From NCBI GenBank assembly GCA_904420005.1, contig CAJFTT010000044.1, positions 41,766 through 105,765 of the forward strand: a stretch of 64,000 nucleotides of DNA, given 5' to 3'. Of this stretch, positions 57,510-64,000 are shown piece by piece (position 1 is the first letter of the stretch; every line of letters begins with the position of its first letter). Made by a program: the position numbers and the translations under genes. The notes below the pieces were generated by a model that made no database searches, was not told the origin of the DNA, and was given only the letters and a program-made list of their open reading frames with translations. The stretch comes from Candidatus Tabaqchalia intestinavium (lineage in GTDB: Bacteria; Bacillota; Clostridia; Oscillospirales; CAJFTT01).

Positions 57510-59552
57510 GCCCGTCTCATACTGCGCGATGACGCGCGCCGCCTCCTGCGCGCTTTCTGTCGTGAAATACAACCGGCCGAAGCGCAGCCCCGCCGCGGCG
57601 AACGCCTCCAGCCGGTCGGCGAGGAACAGCGCGCGGCAGTTGAGCAGCTCGGCATAGCCGTGATGGCAGACAAGCGGGAAACGCTCTCCGCGCCGGTCGG
57701 TGAGGGCCTTCGGCCCGTCGCCCGCCCGGCAGCCGGCGCAGCCCGCCTCGCCGGAGAAGGGGCAATTGCGCAGCAGCATCGCGGGCAGCCGGCCATAGAC
57801 GATGGCCCCGCATTCGCCCTCGACGCAGTCGGCCAGCTGCGGCAGCGTCAGCTCAAACGACAGCAGCGCGCGCTCCAGTCCCATCGCGCGGTAAGCCCGC
57901 AGCGCGGCGAGGTTGACCAGATTGAGGCCGTAATCGCCGTCCGGCGCCAGTCCTGCGGCGCGCACGGCCTCAATCTGGCCGAGATTGCCGCAGACGGCGC
58001 GGGTCACGCCCAGCCCCGCGACGGCTTCCAGCGCCCGCGCCTGGCGCGCCGCGTCGGCCTCCCCGAGGCACAGCGGCGGCAGCTCGGCGGCGAGCGTGAC
58101 CCCCTGCGCCGCGAGCGCGCGCGTCTTTTCCGCCTCGCGGGCCAGCGCCTCGAGCGGAAGGAGCACCCGCGCGCCGGCTGGCAATGCATCCGGGACGCCG
58201 CGCCAGTCGGCGAAGCGATATTCCAGCGCAAGCGGCGCGGCTGCGCGTCCCTTTTCCGGCTTCGGGAGCGCAGCGTCCCGCCAGGGCCGGGACTGCGGCT
58301 GCGCCCGCCGGGCCTGCAAGGCTTCGAGCGCTTCCCGCCGCAGGGCGTTGAGCGCAGACAAACGCAGGGCGAGCCCGTCGTCCAGCGCGACCTGCATTTC
58401 CCGGGCAAAGAAGGGCGTGCCGCCCGTTTTCGCCAACGCCTCCCGCACGCGGCCGGGCTCGGTCGCCCGCTCGCGCGCCGGCTCCGGCGCTTCGCCCTCC
58501 GCCCGCGCGGCAAAGCCCGTCTCCCCATCCGTCGCCGTGAGGGCGACCGGCTCCCCCCGCCGCGCCGTCAGGGAGAAATCCACCGGAATGCGCGGCAGCT
58601 CGCCGCGCAGGTAGGTATTGACCTTGCCGAACGCCGCCTTCGCGCCGGCCGCGTCCTCCTCCCGGCGCACGCCGAACATCGTGCCGCCGCGCCGTCCCTC
58701 GAAATAGCCGTCGGTGAACCCCTGCCGGGAGAACACCGCGCGCAGCAGGGCCTGCTCCTCCTCGGTGATCTCCTCCCCGCGCAGCGCCTTGCGGCACAGC
58801 AACGTCGCCGCCGCGACATATTCCGGGCGTTTCATGCGTCCCTCGATCTTGCAGCTCGCGACGCCCAGCGCCGCCAGCTCCGGCAGCCGGCGCACGAGGG
58901 AGAGGTCCTTGAGGCTGAGCGCATGCTCGCGGCCGCCGGCGGAAAACGGCAGGCGGCAGGCCTGCGCGCACAGGCCGCGGTTGCCGCTGCGCCCGCCGAT
59001 GAGGGCGCTGAGATAGCACCGGCCGCTGACCGACATGCACAGCGCGCCGTGCACGAACACCTCCAGCTCCATCTCCGGCACGGCGGCGTGGATCTCCGCG
59101 ATCTCCGCCCGGCTGAGCTCCCGCGCCAGCACCACGCGGCGCATCCCCAGCGCGGCGGCCGCCCGCGCGCCCGCCGCGTTATGCACCGCCATCTGGGTGG
59201 ATGCGTGCAGCGGCAGCGACGGCGCGCGCTCGCGCACGCAGGCCGCGAGCCCCAGATCCTGCACGATCAGCCCGTCCACGCCGCACTCGGCGCACAGGCG
59301 CGCCAGGCGCAGCGCCTCCGGCAGCTCGCGCTGCCGCACGAGGGTATTGAGCGTAACAAAAAGCCGGACGCCCCTGCCATGGCAAAACGCCACCGTGTCC
59401 GGCAAATTCTGCGATGTGAAATTCTCCGCGCTGCGGCGCGCGTTGAAGCCCTCCAGGCCGAGATAGACCGCGTCTGCCCCCGCGCGCACCGCCGCCTGCA
59501 GCGAAGCGGGCCCGCCGGCCGGCGCGAGGATCTCCGGCCGCGCCGCCGTCAT
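57456..59552 (-). CDS. U32 family peptidase (long form)
   Basis: Starts MTAARPEILAPAGGPASLQAAVRAGADAVYLGLEGFNARRSAENF, a typical U32 N-terminus. ATGA overlap with the zapA stop. The track ORF to 60311 is an extension. Confidence 0.85.
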   Translation of the reverse strand: MTAARPEILAPAGGPASLQAAVRAGADAVYLGLEGFNARRSAENFTSQNLPDTVAFCHGRGVRLFVTLNTLVRQRELPEALRLARLCAECGVDGLIVQDLGLAACVRERAPSLPLHASTQMAVHNAAGARAAAALGMRRVVLARELSRAEIAEIHAAVPEMELEVFVHGALCMSVSGRCYLSALIGGRSGNRGLCAQACRLPFSAGGREHALSLKDLSLVRRLPELAALGVASCKIEGRMKRPEYVAAATLLCRKALRGEEITEEEQALLRAVFSRQGFTDGYFEGRRGGTMFGVRREEDAAGAKAAFGKVNTYLRGELPRIPVDFSLTARRGEPVALTATDGETGFAARAEGEAPEPARERATEPGRVREALAKTGGTPFFAREMQVALDDGLALRLSALNALRREALEALQARRAQPQSRPWRDAALPKPEKGRAAAPLALEYRFADWRGVPDALPAGARVLLPLEALAREAEKTRALAAQGVTLAAELPPLCLGEADAARQARALEAVAGLGVTRAVCGNLGQIEAVRAAGLAPDGDYGLNLVNLAALRAYRAMGLERALLSFELTLPQLADCVEGECGAIVYGRLPAMLLRNCPFSGEAGCAGCRAGDGPKALTDRRGERFPLVCHHGYAELLNCRALFLADRLEAFAAAGLRFGRLYFTTESAQEAARVIAQYETGATPPASYTRGLYYRGVQ

Positions 59553-59917
59553 TCGGAAACTTCGCCCAGGCGCGCGAGCTTGACCTTGAGCACCTGGATC
59601 TGCTGATTGAGGCGGTTGATCTCCCGCCGCGCCTCGTCGACCTCCATGCGGGCGCGCCCCGCTTCCTCGACATAGCCCTTGATCTGCGCGCGCAGGTTGT
59701 CCGCGCCGCTCTCCGCCTTCTTGCTGCGGTCGCAGAATTCCAGCGCCGCGAACACCGCCGCGACGGTCGTGGAAATCTGCTCGTTGGACTGCATCATTTT
59801 GGTGATGTACGCGTCGACCTCCTCGCCGATGCTGAGGATATAGGACGTCTCCTCGTCCGCGGACACGGCGTATTCCGCGCCGCCGATCACCATCGTCACG
59901 CGATTTTTCTCCTGCAT
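59549..59917 (-). CDS. zapA: Cell division protein ZapA
   Basis: NRVTMVIGGAEYAVSADEETSYI is followed by a C-terminal coiled coil. AGGAGG lies 9 nt upstream of the ATG at 59917. Confidence 0.8.
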   Translation of the reverse strand: MQEKNRVTMVIGGAEYAVSADEETSYILSIGEEVDAYITKMMQSNEQISTTVAAVFAALEFCDRSKKAESGADNLRAQIKGYVEEAGRARMEVDEARREINRLNQQIQVLKVKLARLGEVSE

Positions 59918-60180
59918 GCTGCGCATCCTCCTTGCTGCTATCATCAGCCCGCCGGGGCCATCCCCACGGGCGTTGTTTCTGTCTTTTATTATATACTGTT
60001 TTCCGGGGAAAGAAAAGAGGTATTTTTATCTTTTTCGACAGAATCGGGCGCCGGGCGGCGGCGTTATTTCCCCCTCCGGGCGGCCGGCGCGCAGCCTTGG
60101 GCAAAGGGCCGCTGCGCCCCGGCGGGCGCATCTCCGCGCCGCCGGGGCGGGCCGGCGGAACCGCATCCGGCGGCAAGCGG

Positions 60181-60390
60181 GCCGCAATCCCACGCGGGCG
60201 CGGGCAGGGGGAGCAGGCCCGGTCCGGGGAACGCACGGAAATCGCGCAAGCCCAAGCGGGCGGGCGCGCCTGGTGCTTTCCCCGCCCGGATGGAGGGAGG
60301 CGCAATCCCACACAGGCGGGGCAGGCCGCCGCTCCTCAAAGGCAAGTTTGCCCTCAACCGGCGCAATCCCGTACGGGCGGGGTGGGCTGC
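60181..60390. CRISPR. Degenerate CRISPR-like units upstream of the GNAT gene
   Basis: GCAATCCC-type units lie at 60184, 60245 (GCAAGCCC), 60302 and 60363, a spacing of 57-61 nt. Examples are GCGCAATCCCACACAGGCGGGGCAGG and GCGCAATCCCGTACGGGCGGGGTGGG. Confidence 0.4.
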
Positions 60391-60619
60391 CGGGCGGCGC
60401 GCGAATACCGCCCGGCCCGCAGGGAAGAGCATGCCTTGTCCCGATCCACCCTTGCGGCCCTTGCGCGTGGTGGGCGCGCCCTGCATAGCCGCAAGGGAAC
60501 GCGCCCGGACACAGAAGGCGCGGGAAAAACCGCAGCGCCCCCTGTTCGGCGCGGGCCGGGTGTGGTATAATACCCCCAAAGCCCGCCGCGCAGCCGGCGG
60601 GAAGAAAGGACCGGTTGCC

Positions 60620-61159
60620 ATGCAGTTCACCCTTGTTCCCTGGCGGGAGGAATTCATCGACGACATCGCGCACTTTGCCGACAACCCGCGCATCGCGCAG
60701 AACCTGCGGGACGTGTTCCCCTATCCCTATACCCGCGCCGACGCCGAAGGCTATATCCGCGAGTGCATCGCGCACGGCGACGAAGGGCAGCTGTGCCGCG
60801 CCATCGTCATCGACGGGCGCGCGGCGGGCAGCGTGGGCCTGTTCCGGCAGACGGACGTCGCGCGCTGCAGCGCCGAGCTGGGATACTGGCTGGCGGAGGA
60901 TTATTGGGGCCGGGGCGTGATGACCCAAGCGGTGCGGCAGATCACAGCCGCGGGATTTGCGCAGCTGGGGGTCGTTCGCGTGTTCGCGACGCCCTTCGCC
61001 ACCAACCGCGGCTCGCAGCGCGTGCTGGAGAAAGCGGGCTTCCGTCTCGAGGGCGTGCTGGAAAAAAGCGTCTATAAAAACGGTCGGCTGCTGGACAGCT
61101 GCCTTTATGCCCGCATTGCGCCGGGCGCGCAGGAGATGCCGGAACGCGGGCGTGGATAG
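60620..61159 (+). CDS. GNAT family N-acetyltransferase (RimJ/RimL-like)
   Basis: Contains ELGYWLAEDYWGRGVMTQAV and NRGSQRVLEKAGFRLEG, the acetyl-CoA-binding region typical of this subfamily. 179 aa. Confidence 0.85.
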   Translation: MQFTLVPWREEFIDDIAHFADNPRIAQNLRDVFPYPYTRADAEGYIRECIAHGDEGQLCRAIVIDGRAAGSVGLFRQTDVARCSAELGYWLAEDYWGRGVMTQAVRQITAAGFAQLGVVRVFATPFATNRGSQRVLEKAGFRLEGVLEKSVYKNGRLLDSCLYARIAPGAQEMPERGRG

Positions 61160-61181
61160 AGCGTCCGGCGGGAAGCGGGCC

Positions 61182-61430
61182 GCAATCCCACGCGGGCGCG
61201 GGCAGGGGAGAAGCCGGCCTCGGCCCCTCGCTCCGGCGGCGGGCATGCGGCAGCCGGGCGGAACGCGGGATACCAAAGAGGGACGCCGTCTTCCTCCGGG
61301 CGTGCGCAATAGGATGCACGTGCCGGGCCAGCGCAGCGTGGCCAGGCCCACGCGGGCGTGGGCTAACGCTGCACGGCGCTCCATCCCCGGCAACACGTGG
61401 GGGTATTCCCCGGCAGCGCGGGCAAAACAT
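61182..61430. repeat. Degenerate CRISPR-like units downstream of the GNAT gene
   Basis: GCAATCCCACGCGGGCGCGGGCAG (61182) is identical to the unit at 60184. Weaker units follow, for example GGCCAGGCCCACGCGGGCGTGGGCT (61341) and TATTCCCCGGCAGCGCGGGCAAAAC (61404). Confidence 0.3.
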
Positions 61431-61552
61431 CTTCCTCCTGTCTCCTGCATCCCAAAAGTCCGGCCGAGTCCAAACAGCGCGGCCGCCCCGTCCGCCGGTC
61501 TCTCGGATGCTCTATCCCCAGCCGCGAGACGGAGCGCTTTTACACGCGCAGA

Positions 61553-61597
61553 GGCGGCTTAGGAGGCGCGTGCTTTATCCAACTGAGCTGCGCAGAC
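61553..61597 (-). other. tRNA-like 5' fragment (D-arm plus CCU-type anticodon-loop-like sequence), not an intact tRNA
   Basis: The minus strand reads GTCTGCGCAGCTCAGTTGGATAAAGCACGCGCCTCCTAAGCCGCC. The D-arm GCTCAGTTGGATA and loop CTCCTAA look like tRNA, but the anticodon stem pairs poorly and no T-arm or acceptor 3' strand follows. Confidence 0.3.
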
Positions 61598-62299
61598 ATC
61601 TATAAATATTCAGTTTTTGACGGCCACCTGCTGAGCGGAGTTGATTGTTATAACGCCGCAGCGCGAAACGTCTTTACACACTGGGGCCGCTTCCAAATCA
61701 TTTGTGCAGATGCCGTCTGCACAAACGCACGCCTTCCTGCGCCGGGGCGCTTTGACCACGCTTTTCCACTCACCCCGTTGCGCGCAGAGGCGCTTATACC
61801 AGACGGTCGGGTGCGCACCCCGGCAGGGGCGGTTTACCTCTCCTTTCAGAGAGGGAGGCGGGCGGTCGGGCACCTATCCGTGCAAAGAAAGGACGCGCGC
61901 CCCAACCGGCGTCCACCGTCTCTTCTCTGGCGCCGCCAAGGCGGAGCAGGCCGCATATGTAGGCGACCGAGCGGCGTTTGGGCACGGTTGCGTTAACGCC
62001 AACAGCGCATATGGGGCAGGGGCAGCAGGCAGTTCCGGATATCCACCGGCTGTGCGCCGAGCGCGCATGGATGGGGAAGGGCAGCGCGCGGCGGTCATAT
62101 TCGCCGGCCAGGTGCCGGGTGCGCATAGGAAGACTTTTGCCGTCAAGGATAGTGGGATCCTTGTTAAGGCCGGGGATTGGGCGCACATGGTTGGGATAGC
62201 CTCCCCTTTGCCCGCTCCGGCGGCGGGCATGCGGCAGCCGGGCGGAACGCCGGCGCGGCGACCGAACCCGCTCCCTGGTCTGGCGCGCGGCCAGCAGGA

Positions 62300-62335
62300 A
62301 AGCGGCCCCGGGCAAATTTTTGCCCGGGGCCGCTT
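62300..62335 (-). terminator. Hairpin downstream of the DUF4340 gene
   Basis: 15-bp stem AAGCGGCCCCGGGCA / TGCCCGGGGCCGCTT with loop AATTTT. The U-tract on the minus strand is weak. Confidence 0.45.
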
Positions 62336-62347
62336 GGCTTTTACGAT

Positions 62348-63799
62348 TCAGTTGAGCGTGAAGGTGACGGTTTCGTTGTGAATCACTTTGTCGAGATCGC
62401 GCACGACCTTCTCGATGCGCGTGGCCAGGACATAGAACCCGCCTTCGCCGTTGGTCTCCATGAAATACCGCCGCTCGTTGATCGGATAGAATTTCACGAC
62501 GTCCTCGGCTTTTTCCTTATCGGCGCGATAGGTATAGGTGATGGTGAGGTACGGCTCGGCGCCCTCCGGCTTGTCGGCGTAATCGACGATGCCGGTGGAA
62601 ATGAGCACCTGATAAAACCGCTGGAAATTGGCGAAGTCCAGCTCGCCGCCCCGGAAGGTCACGCCGGAGGCCGTCGTGCCGTCGGACTGGACATAAAAGC
62701 GGTATTCCTCGCCTTCGACATTAATGGTCACGTGATCGATCCACGAAAGCATCGGCTGGAACGGGATATCCAGGCTGATGCTCCGGGGCGTCCAGTCAAG
62801 GTAGGTACAGATGTCCTTGGACAGCAGGTAAATCAGCGGCACGCCCTCGCGCATGACATAATACTCGTTGTCCTCCGTCAGCGTACCGAAATACAGCGTA
62901 ATCTGCTGCGCTTCGTCGTCCTCCTCTTCCTGGTAGGTGAACTCCAGCGTGAACTGCGGATTATCCAGGCCGTACTGCGACAGGTCGGTGGTCTCGTCCG
63001 TCAGGGTGACAACGTCGCTGGCCGCGATGGAGCACAGATCCTCCAGCCCGTCAGTCATGTTGCTTTCATTGGCGATCATGTAGAACGGCTTCTGGATGGA
63101 GAAAGTGTTGTTGAGCGCCTCGGCGGTGCCTTCCGTAAGATTCTGCTCCAGCAGCAGCTCGCGGTCGTTGGGTTCCTCCGCGCCGGGATGGAGCAGCCGG
63201 ATGGACTGGAACCCCGCCTGTGTGCCGGTGAAAACGCTGCGGCTGATGAAGGTGGTCTTGCCGGTGATGAAATAGGACCGAATGCCGGTCGTCGCCTTAT
63301 ACACCGTGCCCGACCCGCGCAGCGTGACGTAGAAATACCCGTCGTCGGTCTCGTCGCCCACGTCGATGGTATAGCTCTTGCCGCCCTCGAAATTCACCAC
63401 GCCCGAGCCGTCCGGCTCGTCGAGGCCGTACTCGCTGAAGTCCTCCACGCCGTCGGCCACCTTCTCATAGCCCTCAAAGCGGGAGAGGCGCTCGACCATG
63501 GTGGACACCATCGTGTCATACTGCGTGACCCCCGAAAGCTCCGGCACGGTCCAGCCGTCGCCGCTGGTTTCGACCGTATAGGCGCCGCCGTTTTTCGGCG
63601 TGATGGAAGCGCTGACGAAATCTTCCTTGGCCTCCTCATAGATGACGACGACCTGCTTGGCCTCGGAGGAGGTGGCGACGGAGGAGGTTTCCTCCGTCGG
63701 CGTCTCCTGGCCCCAGACGGCGCGCACGGCGAAATAGCCGCCGACCGCCACCACGAGGCAGGCCGCCGCGATCACGAGCTTCTGCATGCCGCTGTTCAT
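62348..63799 (-). CDS. DUF4340 domain-containing protein
   Basis: N-terminal TM anchor, then a repetitive beta-rich soluble region. It lies immediately downstream of, and overlaps by 4 nt, a GldG-like gene, which is the usual DUF4340 context. Confidence 0.65.
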   Translation of the reverse strand: MNSGMQKLVIAAACLVVAVGGYFAVRAVWGQETPTEETSSVATSSEAKQVVVIYEEAKEDFVSASITPKNGGAYTVETSGDGWTVPELSGVTQYDTMVSTMVERLSRFEGYEKVADGVEDFSEYGLDEPDGSGVVNFEGGKSYTIDVGDETDDGYFYVTLRGSGTVYKATTGIRSYFITGKTTFISRSVFTGTQAGFQSIRLLHPGAEEPNDRELLLEQNLTEGTAEALNNTFSIQKPFYMIANESNMTDGLEDLCSIAASDVVTLTDETTDLSQYGLDNPQFTLEFTYQEEEDDEAQQITLYFGTLTEDNEYYVMREGVPLIYLLSKDICTYLDWTPRSISLDIPFQPMLSWIDHVTINVEGEEYRFYVQSDGTTASGVTFRGGELDFANFQRFYQVLISTGIVDYADKPEGAEPYLTITYTYRADKEKAEDVVKFYPINERRYFMETNGEGGFYVLATRIEKVVRDLDKVIHNETVTFTLN

Positions 63800-64000
63800 A
63801 AGTGCCTCCTTCTGACGAATACCACGATGCCCACAATCACCACCGCGACCGGCAGAACGATGATGAAGATGACCGCCATCCAGGCGCCCTGCGCCTGCGT
63901 GATGTCCAGCGTGGCGGTGGTCATATCCTTGGCCTGCACGAGCAGCTCGTTCGGGTCGCGCTGGGCGAGGTAATTGATCATGGAGATCAGCCCGCTGTCA
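63796..64000 (-). CDS. GldG-like ABC-type auxiliary protein, C-terminal part (gene continues beyond the window end)
   Basis: The reading frame is open to base 64000. It ends with a TM helix and a basic tail (WMAVIFIIVLPVAVVIVGIVVFVRRRHL), typical of GldG-family C-termini. Confidence 0.5.
   Translation of the reverse strand, partial: DSGLISMINYLAQRDPNELLVQAKDMTTATLDITQAQGAWMAVIFIIVLPVAVVIVGIVVFVRRRHL

Noticed and set aside
57456-60311. 951-aa ORF suggesting a much longer U32 protein. Similar N-terminal extensions occur at 3529, 15848, 23544, 26996, 28324, 34769, 50831 and 55014.
   Set aside because: The upstream parts are low-complexity and overlap other genes (zapA, ptsH) or repeat DNA. Internal starts with good RBS sites reproduce canonical family N-termini.
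61553-61597. Possible tRNA-Arg(CCU) gene on the minus strand.
   Set aside because: Only the D-arm and an anticodon-loop-like CTCCTAA are recognisable. The anticodon stem pairs poorly, and there is no T-arm (GGTTCGAATCC-type) or acceptor 3' strand. I report it only as a fragment-like sequence.

Overview
All coordinates, repeat spacings and identity counts below were read by eye from the sequence and ORF track; no tool was run.

The window is a high-GC chromosomal segment, roughly 65-70% GC in most genes. The gene content looks like an anaerobic Clostridia-type Firmicute: SpoVG, HPr, a Fur/PerR-like regulator with rubrerythrin, ThiH-type thiamine synthesis, and a BcrAD/HgdC-type activase fusion. 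That lineage call is inference.

I support about 46 CDS, mostly housekeeping:
- a DUF1538 protein with a P-II-like partner
- two FAD oxidoreductases
- MsmK-like ATPase, RsuA-like pseudouridine synthase, GH13 amylase, PP-loop ATPase, ptsH, spoVG
- aroF, folE, purA, and a leuC-like gene with no small subunit
- a LexA-like regulator
- trxA, trxB, a Fur-family regulator and rbr
- a 1435-aa double-activase fusion
- a CNNM/TlyC-type protein and a glutaminase-like DUF4965 protein
- a NifU-like plus GGGtGRT gene pair
- a complete TPP-riboswitch-controlled operon thiS-F-G-H-(tenI/thiE)-E-D-C
- zapA with a U32 peptidase gene
- a GNAT acetyltransferase
- DUF4340 and a GldG-like fragment

No cas gene, integrase, transposase, rRNA gene or intact tRNA gene is visible.

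The main anomaly is low coding density. My CDS calls sum to about 46-47 kb of 64 kb, or about 73%. Nearly every long intergenic gap is filled with degenerate tandem units of 59-62 nt period. These units have type I-E CRISPR geometry: a repeat of about 29 nt with a CCCCGCG..CGCGGGG-like core, then a spacer of about 32 nt. The cleanest case is at 25862-26012, with two identical 29-mers exactly 61 nt apart.

Several loci are also bracketed by direct repeats that duplicate the 3' end of a neighbouring gene:
- a 3-gene ABC cassette sits between copies of about 285 bp
- the mini-array next to the lexA-like gene sits between 50-bp copies
- the GNAT gene sits between copies of about 46 nt

Many long ORFs in the supplied track are GC-driven shadow ORFs and were not called.
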